64,000 nt of DNA from Octopus sinensis (taxonomy: Eukaryota). The position numbers and the translations under genes are program-made. The DNA is taken from positions 94,550,001 to 94,614,000 of the forward strand of contig NC_043005.1 of the NCBI RefSeq assembly GCF_006345805.1. The letters run 5' to 3'. Positions within the stretch are counted from its first letter, which is position 1. Every line of letters starts with the position of its first letter. The notes below the pieces were generated by a model, which saw only the letters and a program-made list of their open reading frames with translations, made no database searches and was not told where the DNA came from. This document shows, piece after piece, positions 1 through 14,146 of this stretch.

Positions 1-870
1 ATGTCTACTATACTGTACTTCACATTGGCTCTTAACTTATGATGAGGTCTTAGAGGAGCTGTCATGACAAAGTGCGTGTCTTAGACATTTGGAGACCAGG
101 TGTAGCCCTTATCTCTACAGATTTTACTACAGTCAATTATTTTCAGAAAGGAAGTGACAAACAAACGCCTGATCTCGGCTTGATTTGAACTCATAATGTA
201 AAGAGCCATAAACAAATACCACAAGGCATTTATTTTTGCCCAACGTCCTAAACGATTCTCCCGGGAGCAACAAAGTATAAATTGGGAGTCAGCTGCTAGG
301 TCTATTATGAAGTGTATTGAGATATTTTAAGAAGTAGAAAAAAGGCTTCGTAAGAAGGATTCGATGCGCGGTGTCTCATAACAATAGCATCTATATTACC
401 GATAACATACAGATCTCTATTGTACACATTATCACACTCCTAGTTATTGGAAAGTGTATTAATATAGACATTCAGATTTGCCATTCACTTCGTAAGGTTT
501 CTAAATATTCTGAAATATATAATACCAGATCGCTAATGACAAAAGTCGTTTCTTTCACTGGTTATACCAGAGAGTCTTTCCTTGCAACAATGCAATAATT
601 ACGTGTACTTGTATGTAGCCACACCTGCGCCTATCTGCTTTTCTCTGGAGAAGAACACTACATGAAATGTTGGATCTTCCATGCCTCCCTGCAAGTTTAC
701 TGCACCTTGTTTATCCATGTGGGCGTGCGTGTACGTTTGTATGCATACCTGCGTATATTGCATGAATAATGCATATAATATGCATACACATATGTGCATA
801 TATATGTAAGTGCACAAACACACATGCGCGCGCACACTCACGCGCACACGTGTGTGTGTGTATGTTTGTG

Positions 871-1005
871 TAGGGACGTGGTCTAGTGTTTAGGGTGCTT
901 CGATCACGATTGTAAGATAGTGATTTCGACTCACGGAGCGGGCGGTGCGTTGTGTTCTTAAGCAAAACACATTTCACATTGCTTTGCGATCACTTCTACC
1001 CATGA
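871..1005 (+). mobile_element. tRNA-derived SINE 5' portion with CORE-like central domain (degenerate)
   Basis: A-box-like tggtctagtgtt, B-box-like gatttcgactc, then gcgttgtgttcttaagcaaaacac. Homologous to the better copy at 21962-22280. Confidence 0.65.
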
Positions 1006-1042
1006 CCTGTGGCAAAGTTTGCACCTGTAATAGCAATGTCGA

Positions 1043-1144
1043 CTAGCAGTATAACCCGGCTTTGCTCGGGATTAAGTTAGGATTATTATCAAACCAAACT
1101 AAGTAACATCGACGTCAAATTTGGGCGAAATCCGTTGAAATTGG

Positions 1145-1192
<48 letters not shown>

Positions 1193-1385
1193 CTAATATA
1201 GGATGAAAATTTTTTCAGGAAAAAATTTCATCAAAAGTGGCAGCATATCAAAATACTTTTAAAGGTTAAAATTATAAACAACTTATAAACAAGGGCAAAA
1301 AAAAAAATTTATTTCCATGCCAATATGCCGATAACCGACTTTAAATCGTCAATTTCCACATTTCTCTTTTGCCCTTGCTTATAAG

Positions 1386-1472
<87 letters not shown>

Positions 1473-1854
1473 GCAACACACACACATACGCACACTTACG
1501 TACCTAAACCTATTGCATACATGTTTTTTGTACGCATACATGTTCGTGTGTGTGCGTGTTGCCCGTATATCAACAAAACACTTTTTTCCTCGATGGAAAA
1601 AAAACAACAACACAAGTCTTAACAAAAACTCATTCGTCCCTAGAAGGGGACTTAACTCCTGTTCGTAAACAATGGTGATTTCTCCGACTTGAAAATTGTT
1701 AATAGTTTTGGTAGAAAATTTATTTTTACTGCTAATCACTGGTGCCTCTGGAAAAAATAAGTTGACGAAAATACAACTAGGTCATAACGAACGTCGTCCG
1801 AAAATTGGAGTGACATGCGTGCTAATTTGTGGGTGTGCATAAATTACATTCAAG

Positions 1855-1887
<33 letters not shown>

Positions 1888-1908
1888 CCTGCCTTTTATA
1901 TATACAGA
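1043..1908 (-). mobile_element. Non-autonomous Helitron, complete
   Basis: On the minus strand it begins A|TCTGTATATATAAAA (1908) and ends with the hairpin CCCGAGCAAAGCCGGG then ...CTGCTAG|T (1043). It sits between A and T with no TSD and carries internal (CA)n/(TA)n tracts. The 3' end is nearly identical to the element at 51152-51661. Confidence 0.85.
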
Positions 1909-2349
1909 TTTGATGGAAGGAGTCAGCTAATGCACAGCACACACTTTTTGATCTCTGTAAACAAATCATGTGCACAAGTTTTTTGCAAGAAGTCGCAGAG
2001 ACCTCATGTGTCGTTTACGACCGGAGAGATCATCATACACGAGCACACACAAACACATTTGTCTCCATGTAAATGGTTGTCGATTGGCAATATGTGATAG
2101 AGCGACACATAGCCTGTTTTACGATGCTTGTACGTCGCTCTCTGAACTCTGTGTTCCCTTTCGAGATCGAAAAATGAAGGACAAGTCTAGTGCTGAGCAG
2201 CCCTCTCCTCTCTCAGCTGTTAACATTCAGGATGTTCTGGTGGGTCAAGGATGGTATGGAGAAGAGGGAATCAACGGCGTGGGAATCGAAAACTGTGATA
2301 TATCCAATTAAGTCATCTTGGATTGTGAACAATACCATGATTATATATG

Positions 2350-2351
2350 CG

Positions 2352-2407
<56 letters not shown>

Positions 2408-2425
2408 TGTGTGTGTGTGTGTGTT

Positions 2426-2462
<37 letters not shown>

Positions 2463-2700
2463 ACGCGCGTATCTTTTTGTCTTTGACTGTCTGCCACTAC
2501 CGCTTGACAACCTGTGTTGGTGTGTCTCGTAAACTAGCAGTTCGGCGAAAGAGTCCGAGAAAATAAGTACGAGACTTCAAAAAAAAAAAAAAGTCAGATC
2601 GACTGGGGTCGATCTGTTCGACTAAAAAACCTCTTCTAAAAGCGGTGCCCCAATATGGCTGCAGTCCAATGACTGAAACAAGTAAAAAAAAAACCTGAGA
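2350..2700 (+). mobile_element. CORE-type SINE, 3' half with internal (TG)n
   Basis: (TG)n, then cttgacaacc...tagcagttcggcgaaagag...ggggtcgatctgttcgactaaaa...cagtccaatgactgaaacaagtaaaa. Same order of blocks as the full copy at 63202-63651. Confidence 0.75.
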
Positions 2701-3332
2701 CATAACATTATCTTGGGCGGAAGGTCAATGCCTTTCAAGCTTACAGGCTCTCCCAAACTCCCAAGATTAACGCTGTTGATTCTCATTCCGATTATAGAGA
2801 TTTCTTTATTGTTTTTCTTCTTTGTATATGGGATTGTGGAAGTCTATTTAATGTCTGCGTTTAACTTAATAAAATGGCCAATTTCAATTTAAAATCTTGC
2901 TGCAAGAATGATATCTTCGTGTTGTAATGGTGATTATATTCTGGATAGTTTCAAAGTTTTATTGGATTTTTCCTTAGCCACATGGTGTTACTTCATATTA
3001 ATAATAAGCTCCAAACTTTTCAATATGACAGCTTATATAGCGGTCTGTTTTATTTCATTTGATTAAAATTCGTCAGATCTACCTACGCTCGTATAAGATT
3101 TATTGGTATATTTACATTACGACCATCAAATCTTGTGACGACTGCACCTTGTTATTCTTTGTTTGCTGAATATACGGGGGTATTGCGATAATATTATTAA
3201 TTTCAGATAAAAAAATGGTTTAATCTTAATCTTACTGGAATGTTATTTTTCACTTTTAATGCTGTTTCTTGTATATTGAACAGTCGGGTAAATTTGAACG
3301 CATGCGTCTATATCTGTGCTGTATGTGCACTT

Positions 3333-3409
<77 letters not shown>

Positions 3410-4560
3410 TACTATTTTAACTGTCTGTGCAGTATATAAGCTTAAACGGTGAAAGTAAAAGAACTGTTTTAAATTTTGCACAAAAATAATATACTCTACT
3501 TAATAATTTTACTTTCTTTATATATAACTAAAACATTTACTACATTACATATATGTGTGTGTGTTAAAGAGAAAGAGAAGGAGAGAGAGGAAGAGGGGGG
3601 AGAGGGAGAGTTCGTCTGATTCAATAATGTTTCACACACACAAATATACAGATATACACAAATACACATTGGTTTGTATCATTCACTCGCTTCGTCACTA
3701 GCGATGTAACGTAATTAATTCATTTTCTTTTCTTTCTAACGTTCTATGTAAATCATAGGGTAGAAATTAAAATTAAAAATGCAAACAAAAGTCAAATATT
3801 CTATATTGTATATATGCAAATACTTTTTCTTATCTGTTGGCGTTTCGATTTAAATACACCGTCAGTACAGATTATGCACAATAAACGAATAATTCATAAT
3901 AGTAATGAATTGAAGTCAACGTGAAATTCTTCAAAATCGTGTAGAGCCGGATAACCTACATTCTATACTAAATATATACAGATGTAAAGAACTACTTTAT
4001 TTTCTGGACCATGTTTTACGACATAACGAGGTAATATATTTTACCAATGAGGCAGCCTTGAAGAAGACATTCGACGTGCTCGAAATTGAAGTCAAATCTT
4101 CCTCAAATGATTGTTCTCTTAAATGAAGAAGTCTATGCTTGACAGTGTTGTCTCTGATAACCTAAAGGACAAATGGTTTCGGCTCGAACGCTTATTATCT
4201 TATCTCTGCTCACCTGAGGTCAAACACCACCAGTATACTCTATCCAAGCCAAAGAAAGATTTGCGTAGTGGCTTCATTTGCTAGAAATAGCAACTAAATA
4301 TAATTCAAATCTCATTCTATTATCCAACAAAATGAAAGAACATTGGATAATGTTGTCCATGATACACTGCGCATAAAAGAAGACGCTATGCACCAGACTC
4401 AAGACCCATAGTTGTGACTCACAAGCAAGTATGACCTGGTATCATGTACCATACCTTTCCTTATTGTTTTAAATGCCTGTTTTAAATGCCCATTATTTTA
4501 AATGCTTATTGTTTTAAATGCCCATTATTTTAAATGCCTATGCAAAACAAACAATGAAAG

Positions 4561-4912
4561 TGATGCGTCCGGCTTCTCACAGCAACTGGAGCCAGTAAGT
4601 CTTCACCACAGGAATGGTAAAAGCCCTGGCAGAATAAACTTTTTTTCCATACGTGCTGTGAAGAGAGAGAAATAAACAAATACAAGAGTCTGACCTTAGG
4701 TGCTTTCGGACCTTGCACAGCCGATTTCCTCCGCAAAATCAGGATAACTGCATCTCGTCTGAGAAATGCACTCTGCGAGGTGAAGTGTCTGTTGTAGCGA
4801 GTGTCGTTGGTCATTTTCCGCGGCGATACCTTCGCAATCATGTCTGCAAGGCGTGGCTAAACACACCATTTATTCTTGGGTTGTACACCTCGTTACTCCT
4901 CCCCCATTTTCT
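4561..4912 (-). mobile_element. Possible LTR remnant preceded by a polypurine tract
   Basis: On the minus strand AAAATGGGGGAGGA (PPT-like) is followed directly by GTAACG..., a ~335 bp GC-richer island ending ...GCATCA. No TSD and no partner LTR seen. Confidence 0.3.
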
Positions 4913-5563
4913 GCTGCTTAATACCCTCCCTTTTTATTTCTTTTCTTTGTTTCCTTGATGAGGTGGCTATGAGTTTTCTTTTTCTGTTATACTTTTAAGG
5001 TTCATTTTTTTTTTTTACTTTTCTTCCTGTTAAAGTTCGTTGTTAATAAAATTTGATTAATTTACGCCTTAATTCAAAATACACAGCTATTGTACTTCAA
5101 GTACAACGACGATAGTAACTATTCATAAAACATAGAAAAATAAAATCCGGGTAAATTTGGTGGTGGTCGGTGTAGGCAAAACTTATACAACGGAATACAT
5201 GAATTTGGGCAAATTATTATGCGGTGGGTAAAAGCGCGATCTGATGTTTCAGGGACTAAAAGAGAGATGAGAAGAGAAATAATGCTCATTGTTGGTTACT
5301 TGGTTACTCTACCTTAAATAGAATTGTTAACCTTCCTTCCCCCCTCTCTCTCACACACTCTACAGTTATTCTACCTTCACCAATACAATTACAACTTATA
5401 ATCCACATCTTCTCTCTTCCCTTCTACCAATTCTACTTCTCTATCACTTTCTACCCTCTTTTTCTACAACTACTTTTGCTACATCTTATCGCGACAATTT
5501 CAAAAATTTATTATAGTATAATACTGTTTCGCAACAGGTATATAAAGGTCTTTTATTTTTCAA

Positions 5564-5591
5564 CTAGTGTGTTACCCATTATATGATGGGT
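5564..5591 (-). mobile_element. Helitron-type 3' terminus (second family)
   Basis: Minus strand reads ACCCAT-CATATA-ATGGGT (perfect 6 bp hairpin), then AACACA, then CTAG|T. The 5' end was not identified. Confidence 0.55.
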
Positions 5592-6899
5592 GATATTAGT
5601 AATATAGTTATAAACTGGGTGGTATCAGGTGATGTTACATAACTATAATTATTATAATATTCATGTATGCTGGCTCCATAAAACTAATTCATACTGAAAA
5701 TAAAATAATATAGTGTCACTGAAAATAATATTCTTAGAGTATTACTGCATTATTGTAATTGACAGTTAAACAGTATTATTGTTATTGTTAACATATATTT
5801 ATCGTGAATATCCAAAGAGAAATTTGTTTTATTTAAATTTTATTTAAATTTACTATATATTTATACTTTGAAAATTAGTATTCATTCCATTTTGTATAAA
5901 TCACCAATAAATTTGAAAGAAATAATATTATAAATATTCTGTTCATGCTAATTTCCAGATATTTGCCCACACTAGCGAAATCATATTCCTAATATAACTC
6001 GTCACATGATAAGCAACACTCAAGCAGTTACGTAGTTCGCTTCGATGTTATTTTATACAAGGTCGTGACTAATTCCAATATTTGTTGTTGAATTTGTATT
6101 TTATATTATAAATTTCTATCGTGTCTGCATCTACGTGTATTTCGGAACATTGCCAATGTTGTCCACATTCTTATTTCTTGTTACTACTGTCATTGTTTAA
6201 CCCAAGGTTTCTGATCATAAGCTTGCTCGATCAGAGCAAGATTATGATCAAAGTCATTCCAGACGTAACATAGCTTTGATTATTGGTGACGATGTTGCTA
6301 CTCGCTTCAGTTTATCTCTGTTTGACGTAGAAAGCCTTCAGGCCATCGTGGATATTAACACCGAACCATTTCGGTATTCTGCAGTCTTAACATTAACATA
6401 ACTTTTTTATGAGCTATTATGTCTACATGTAGTTTTTATCATCAAATCTAGCTTTCGTGTAATAATAAGCCAAAATATTGTATAGCAGTAGTCGAGATTA
6501 AAGAATGCCGAGTCAATACGTTACTGAAGAACCAATTGAATGATTTCAAATTCGAATCTTGTATGCGTTGCTGCGTTGAGTCAGCAGTAAAAAAACTTTT
6601 AATTCTCTGGAATCAATTGAGGACCATGTGGCTGGAAATGGGTACCACATGTTGGGGTAACGGCATGGAGTAACAACAGATTGCAGCAAATAGCATTAGT
6701 AGCGTAAAATTATCTTGCAGTGTTTTGTTCAGTATCGTGTAGAACATAATGCTTATCCGAGACATTCCTTTCTGGGCTCTGTTCCTGCTTCACCACCCGT
6801 AAAAAAAAACAAGACAAAGAAATAACAAATAACCTCGGAACCTGGTAGCGAGTTCAATTTTTACGCATTGATTGACTAAATTGTCAGCTTTATTATATT

Positions 6900-8000
6900 A
6901 CTTGCAGAAATTCCGCCGAGGTCTACTTTGCCTTTCATCCTTTTGGGGTCGATGAAATAAGTATCAGTTGATTACTGAGATCGATGTAATCAACTTAACC
7001 CCTCCCCCGACGTTGCTGGCCATGTGCCGAAATTTGAAGCCATTATTATTATTAATGTTAAGGTGGTGAGCTGACAGAAGTACTAGTTGAGAACTAGGGC
7101 CGATATAATTTTGTAGAAAGAATTATTTTATTACTTGACTCGTTAGAAATAGCAGTCAAGTTTCCCTCGAATTACACTCTAATGTCTTAAAAAAGACAAG
7201 TTGGATAATGTACACAGAGAAATAAAAGGGGTGATCATGGGTGGAGTGTCTTTGGTCATAGGTTTAGTTTTCTAAATCTGACAGGGGCATATAAATATGA
7301 TGGTGGAGAGCCATACAATTCACAATGGTGTGGGGTGTTTCTCGTTGAAGATTTTGCTTCCACGTAACAGATCAAGTATAGTTGAATGGCTAAGATGTCC
7401 AGTTCACGACCATATGGTTCTGAGTTTGTTCTCATTGCGCAGCACCTTGGGCTGTTTACCCAGGTGCGTGGCTGAGCGAGTACAGTGTTTTACTCATTAT
7501 CGTAGGATTGTGGTTTCGATTCCCAGATCAGGAGGTGCATTGTGTTCTTGGGCAATACACATCATTTCCCATTGATCCAGTCCACTCAGCTCTGAGATGA
7601 GGAACCCTGCAACAAACCAGGATCTTGATCATTTATACGCCGTGGAAATCGAGTGTCCGGCCTTAGGAGTAATAAACAAGGACTCAAAACAGGCCCTTAA
7701 TACTTTAGGTTTACCAGTAGCTTGGCTGTTGACGTTGTTACAGATACGGGCAGCTAGAACATTTGTAGGAAGAGAGGGTGGTGAGCTGGCAGAATCGTTA
7801 GCATGCCGGACAAAGTGGTTAGTGACAGTTAATCCGTGTTTGCGCTCCGAGATCACCTTCAGCCGCAGTCGACTTTGCCTTTCCTTCTTTCGGGGTCGAT
7901 AAAATAAGTACTAGTTGCGCTCTGGAGTCAATGTAATTGACTTTTCCCCTTCCTGAAATTGTTGGCTTTGTGCCAAAATTTGAAAGCAATATTTGTTAGA
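6900..8000 (+). mobile_element. Cluster of degenerate SINE fragments (several families)
   Basis: Repeated blocks gactttgcctttcatccttttggggtcgat (about 6925 and 7870), ggtgagctggcagaatcgttagc (about 7065 and 7780), and CORE-like ttgtgttcttgggcaatacac (about 7540). Confidence 0.75.
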
Positions 8001-8038
8001 GGAATCGTAAGCATGCATGGAATTCTAGAAGATTACAG

Positions 8039-8270
8039 GCGGCGAGCTGGCAGAATCGTTAGCACGCCAGGCGAAATGTTTAGCGGTATTTCGTCTGCCG
8101 TCACGTTCTGAGTTCAAATTCCGCCGTGGTCTACTTTGCCTTTCATCCTTTCGGGGTCGATAAATTAAGTACCAGTTACGCACTGGGGTCGATATAATTG
8201 ACTTAATCCGTTTGTCTGTCCTTGTTTGTCCTCTCTGTGTTTAACCCCTTGTGGGTAGTAAAGAAATAGG
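8039..8270 (+). mobile_element. Full-length tRNA-derived SINE with target-site duplication
   Basis: ggcggcgagctggcagaatcgttagc...gagttcaaattcc (B box)...gggtagtaaagaaatagg. Flanked by ggaattctagaagattacag (8019-8038) and ggaattctagaagaatacag (8269-8288), a ~20 bp TSD with one mismatch. Confidence 0.9.
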
Positions 8271-9034
8271 AATTCTAGAAGAATACAGTTCTGAGAAGAA
8301 GAGATTCCTTAGAGAATAGCTAATTGTTTATGTGAAAGAGCATATCCGGGTAATTCGTGTGTTGTGTTCATGATAGCAAAGTAGTTTCGTATGCGGAACA
8401 GGTAAAGCACTTCATTTCCTGTTGTTTAAGTTCATTCAACTGAAAAGAGTACCAATAGCAGGTTTACTACGGGTTGGCTTTTGTCCAGAGGATCCTTGAA
8501 GTGTAGAAGAAGCGATCATTTGACGTTCTGTTTTACGCTACAGGAAAGCTGTCATGAAGGTTGAAGTTGCTTTGACATTCTGATGCTAAGTGTCTAGGGC
8601 AGAATTCGTGCTAGATATAAAGCTCTATTTATGCACATGTGCTACCATAGCAACTACAGACACGAAGGTACACATGTTTCTAACTAAAACCTAAAGAGCT
8701 AAATAGTGGCAGCTGTACATAGGTTGTTCATATAATCCTTAAGTAATATAAAAAATAATTTAGAACTTACGATTAATAATTCAACTTGACCTATTTCTCA
8801 CTCCCAGCCGCCGTAACCGAAGTTATGCATAAATTTCAACTTGGTTTCTTTATATGTCTCGTTTATTTATCCGTTTATAATTGAACCAGTTATCAAAATA
8901 GAGTGAAAGAAACGGGTTGAGGAAGGAGAGAGAGAGAGAGAGCGAGTTTCTCGAGAAAAATGTAAATATCTGTCTTTACACATGCATATGTGTATATATG
9001 TGCATGTTTGTGTGCGTGTGTTGGTGTATTTGTA

Positions 9035-9068
<34 letters not shown>

Positions 9069-9104
9069 CATACATACATACATACATACATAGATATATA
9101 TATA

Positions 9105-9150
<46 letters not shown>

Positions 9151-9252
9151 TATGTATATATATATATAAACATCCATCCATCCAAGCATCCATGCATTCA
9201 TACATGCATGCACATAAAACATACCAAACATACACACCCACGCATGGACATG

Positions 9253-9285
<33 letters not shown>

Positions 9286-9854
9286 ATATGCACACATTCA
9301 ATTATCATTATCATTCTTTATTCTCCGCTGAAACATTTCCGGGGGAAAAGTGATAGAAAACAAATTAAACATTTTAGGCATTTTGTCATTCTGATAACTG
9401 ATGTTTGAATACTACCAAACCACATTGCACTGCGAATATAAAATTATTAATATCATTTCTTCTCTGGGTCAGAAAACAGAAAAATCTATATTGTTATGGA
9501 GATTGGGTGTCAAACTAATAAAAATTTCTAGTCTAAAATTGCGAAGCCGATGAAAAAAAAACATCTACAGAGAAATTAAACGGAACATATAGATACGATT
9601 TCTTGAATATAAATTTAAATTTATACGCTAGTCATTTATAGTTGCATATTAAAATCTTATAACAAAAATCTTCTCTACATAATAATCTAACAAATCTGAT
9701 TTTTTTAAAATAAAAGGGGCGAGGTAGATAGGGGTAGAGTTGTTGGAAAATAAAAATAATAAATAATAAATAGAAAATGTACTCTCATGCACACGTTCGA
9801 TGTAGAAAGGTCACCAGATTTGTTTTGTAATTTCGGGATAATTGAATACTCGAA

Positions 9855-10160
9855 GATGGCGAGCTGGCACATGCGTTAGCTCGTCGGAGAAAATGCTTAA
9901 CGGCATTTCTTTACAAATTCTGCCGAGGTCGACTTTGCCTTTTATCCTTTCGGGGTCGATAAATTAAGTACCAGTTACGCACTGGGGTCGATGTAATCGA
10001 CTTAATCCGTTTGTCTGTCCTTGTTTGTCCCCTCAGTGTTTATCCCCTTGTGGGTAGTAAAGAAATAGGTATTTCGCCTGCCGTTATGTTCTGAGTTCAA
10101 ATTCCACCGAGGTCGACCTTGCCTTTCATCCTTTCGGGGTCGATAAATTAAGTACCAGTA
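9855..10160 (+). mobile_element. SINE (same family as 8039) followed by a head-less second unit
   Basis: The complete unit ends aaagaaatagg at about 10069 and continues directly into tatttcgcctgccgttatgttctgagttcaaattcc..., a second body without the A-box head. Confidence 0.85.
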
Positions 10161-10224
10161 AATGATCCAATATTCAGCAAATATACGATCCAGACTATTC
10201 AACAACAACAACAACAACAACAAT

Positions 10225-11823
10225 AAATAGATAGGAAATTTGGATTTGAAAAATGCGCCAAAGTAACCCTGAAAAGAGGAAAAACTAGTTAAGAGTAGCA
10301 ACATCACACTAGATAAAACCAACGAAATAAAAGAATTATACCAAAGCCAAACTTACAAATACTTAGGAATCCATGAACTAGATAAGACACAACACACACA
10401 AATGAAAGTGAAAATAAAAAAATAGAATACTATAGACGAGTTAGATCAATACTAAAAAGAGAGCTCAATGCTAAAAACAAGATAATAGATATTAACACTT
10501 TAGCTGTCCCAGTTATAAGTTACAGCTACAATATCCTTAACTGGACACTAAATGAACTGACCAAAATAGATAGGAAAACAAGAATAATGACAGGATCTAG
10601 GATGCATCACCCAAAATCTGACATAGAAAGGCTATATATACAACGTATAGAAGGTGGTAGAGGCCTTATAAAGCTGGAAAACTATTATAAAATAACCACT
10701 GCAAAAATACCTACTTCAGAAGCAAGGAAAACTGATACAAATAGCGGCAAAACACGAGCAAAACAAAAATTGTTCTCAGTATTTAAGGAAGCTGACAAAT
10801 ACAAACAAGAAATCATACCACCTAACAAATATGAAGAAGAAGAAGAAGAAGAAGAAGAAGAAGAAGAAGAAGAAGAAGAAGAAGAAGAAGAAGAAGAAGA
10901 AAAGCTATAAAACAAATGAAATCCAAACTAAAACTAGAACAGCAACGGACCATGATAAAACGATGGCGAGAAAAGCCCATTCATTGCAAATACTGGACTA
11001 AACTAAATGCAAAAGAAATAGACAAAGAAAAATTCCCAGCATTGGTTGAGAAGCTCAGGGCTCAAAGCAGAGACAGAGGGATTTTTAATTGCAACACAAG
11101 ACCAAAGCCTCCCCATCAGAAATTACCAAAAACATGTAATGAAAAGAAATATAACAAGTAACTGCAGAATATGTGAAGATTGACAAGAAACAATAAATCA
11201 TATTATCTCTGGCTGCCCAGTCCTGGCTAAGAAGGAATATATTCATAGGCACGACAGAGTTGGGACCTACATACACTGGAAGCTATGCCAACATTATGGA
11301 ATAACAACAGAAAAAAGATGGTATAGGCACACACCAGAAAATGTCACAGAAAACGAGAAAGCAACCATACTCCGGGATATGCCAATACACAAAGATAGAG
11401 AATTAAGGCCAACAGATCAGATATAGTTGTCAGAGTTCATGAAGAAAAAAATGCTTTCTGATTGATGTATCAATACCAGCAGATGACAACGTGTCTCTAA
11501 AAGAAATGGAGAAACTTTCAAAATACAAAGACCTGGAAATAGAGGCAACTAGAATGTGGAATCTAAAAACAGAAACAATTCCTTTCATTGTAGGTGCATT
11601 AGGCATGATAAAAAATATTCAGACAAATACATAACAAAAACACCAGGACTTACAAACACATATAACATACAGAAAATTGCACTACTAGGCACTGCACACA
11701 TCCTACGCAGAACACTTTCAGTACAGTAACCATCAGAGCATCACAACAAATCACAGCACATATCCAAAGCACACAGAGCTGCGCTCGGTAGTGAAGTGAA
11801 AGCACGCTATAAAAATAAAACTA

Positions 11824-11828
<5 letters not shown>
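10225..11828 (+). mobile_element. R4/Dong-type non-LTR retrotransposon, 5'-truncated, frameshifted (copy 1)
   Basis: Late RT motifs (KFGFEKCAK, YKYLGI). REL domain CRICED...TINHIISGCP...EYIHRHDRVG...DIVV...FLIDVSIP. (GAA)23 at 10833-10901. The 3' end aataaaactactgaa runs into (TAA)n; the 5' flank is (CAA)n. Confidence 0.92.
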
Positions 11829-11894
<66 letters not shown>

Positions 11895-11902
11895 TGATGA
11901 TG

Positions 11903-11962
<60 letters not shown>

Positions 11963-11963
11963 T
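11829..11963. repeat. (TAA)n microsatellite with a short (TGA)n patch
   Basis: Direct reading; abuts the 3' end of R4 copy 1. Confidence 0.98.
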
Positions 11964-11964
11964 A

Positions 11965-12500
11965 ATGGCGTCTGATTAAGACACAAGTCCAAAAATTTCG
12001 AGGAGAGGGTATTATTTGATACCATCCATCTCTGTACCTGAGAGATACTTTATTTTATCGACCCTGAAAGGAGGAAAAGTATAGTTGATCCTAGTACAAT
12101 CTGAACTCAGAATTTAATGAGCCGCAAAAAGTAAAAAAAAAACATTGCAAAGCATTTTCCCGACACTGTCCGCTCATAGAACCCTGTGGTTTCTGATTTA
12201 GGCACAAAGCCAGCAATTTTGCAGAGAAGGGATAAGTCGATACAGTCGACTATAATACGCGACTGGTATTTTATTTTATTGAATTTTGAAGAATGAGTGA
12301 CATACTTGATCTCGGAAGAAATAAAGAACCGGAAGAAATAAAGCAAGGCATTGTGTCCAATGTTCTGGTAAATTTTCTACCTTATTACTCTAAAATGATA
12401 ATAAGTTTTAACACAGGTACAAGGCCAGAAATTTGGGAGAAAGGCTTGGTCAATTATATGCACCTCAGTACTTGTCTAATACGGTATTGATCAAAAGATG
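11965..12500 (-). mobile_element. Degenerate SINE fragments
   Basis: Blocks such as tttattttatcgaccctgaaaggaggaaaagt and ctgaactcagaat are reverse complements of the 8039 family, repeated about three times. Confidence 0.65.
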
Positions 12501-12552
12501 AAACGTAATATCAACCTCGGAGGTGTCTGAATTCAAGGACATAACGGGGCGT

Positions 12553-12584
<32 letters not shown>

Positions 12585-12643
12585 CCATCATCACCATCAT
12601 CACCACCATCACCACCACCACCACCACCACCACCACCACCACC

Positions 12644-12690
<47 letters not shown>

Positions 12691-12723
12691 TATCATCACC
12701 ATCACCATCACCATCACCATCAC

Positions 12724-12759
<36 letters not shown>

Positions 12760-12778
12760 TATTATTATTATTATTATT
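12553..12778. repeat. Compound trinucleotide repeat (CAT)n/(CAC)n/(TAT)n
   Basis: Direct reading; source of the spurious poly-His, poly-Met and poly-Asp ORFs. Confidence 0.97.
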
Positions 12779-13199
12779 TTCATTTTTCACAGTCGAATAT
12801 TAAGAATACTGAAAATAGAGATAAATTTGCTTGATACTGGAAAAATATGCACAGGAAGGGAGGAAGGAAGGTTCTCGAAAATAAAATATGACTAAAATAA
12901 AAATAAAGTATAAAAATAGACGAAAGGAATGGCTTTATTTAAGTCTTTCCTTGTTTTATTTCCTCCTCAGCCACTTGAAAACATATTTTGCAACACTATT
13001 TTTGACCGTTTGGTTTCATTATTGGGAAATGTTATTAAAATCACATGAACGCAGAAATTCTCAATTACACTGTTCCCGCATAACGATAATAAGGATTTTC
13101 ATGCGTAGGCACAAGAGTCACAAATTGGTTGAGTGTGCGTAGGCAGTTAATTAACCAAAGCACAGTATTTGTCTAGTATTTGTCCAGTGGGAACAATAT

Positions 13200-13710
13200 T
13201 AAAGCCGTCCTTGGCGGAATTTGAAACCAAAACTTAAATCTGTCCTTCATTCTTGCGACTCTGCCCAATTTCATGCTCTCTACAGCAACAACAACAACAA
13301 TTATCTTTTTTACAATAGGCATATGGCCTGAAATTTTTGGAGAGGGTGCTAGTCCCTTAATCGACTCCAGTGTTCAACTGGTATTTATTTTATATACCCC
13401 GAGAAGATGGAAGTCAAAAACAACCTAGGCGCATTTTGAACTCAGAACAAAAAGACAGACGATATGCAGCTAAGCATTTTATCCGGCGTGTTAACGATTC
13501 TGCTAGCTCACTACCATAATAATAATAATCCTTACTATTATAGGCACAAGGCCTGAAATTTTGAAGGCAGGGGGCTAGTGAATTACATCGACCCAGTGTT
13601 TCACTGGTACTTAATTCATCGACCCCGAAAGGATGAAAGGTAAAGACGAACTCGGCGGTATTTGAACTCAGAACATAGAAGACTGGAAGAAACACAGTAA
13701 GGCATTTTAA
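13200..13710 (-). mobile_element. Degenerate SINE fragments
   Basis: catcgacccagtg...tcgaccccgaaaggatgaaaggtaaagacgaactcggcggtatttgaactcagaac matches the reverse complement of the 8039 family. Confidence 0.75.
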
Positions 13711-14065
13711 TCGAAACAATAACAATTATGTCAGCCAAATAAATATTAGCTTGCTGTATTATGCAATATCGTTACATTCCTTATAACATTTTTGAGATTA
13801 GAAGTCACGGCAATAAGTTGACGTATTTTCTATGAAGAACTTCATAATTTCTGATATGTAATATCATGTAATATCTCCTATCACAAATAACTTGTAATTC
13901 GATGGTAAATTTTAATATTCGAAATATACTCTAATATTTCTATGAATATTGACATTACGCATTACGTACATAAAAATCATATTATACATATATAGAGATA
14001 TATATACATACATATGTATATTCATACATATATATTTATACATAAACATATTTATATATATATAC

Positions 14066-14146
<81 letters not shown>

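Noticed and set aside
8039-8130. tRNA gene calls at SINE heads (also 21962 and 63560-63651)
   Set aside because: A and B boxes are present, but there is no complete cloverleaf and each head continues into a SINE body.
8641-8654. X-box-like GCTACCATAGCAAC and a nearby ag|G acceptor-like site at about 8541
   Set aside because: One mismatch from a motif already expected by chance. All three frames after the acceptor stop within about 15 codons.
12511-12834. Poly-His, poly-Met and poly-Asp/Gly ORFs
   Set aside because: These are translations of a compound trinucleotide repeat. The same applies to the many YI, HT, CV and MYVC ORFs elsewhere.
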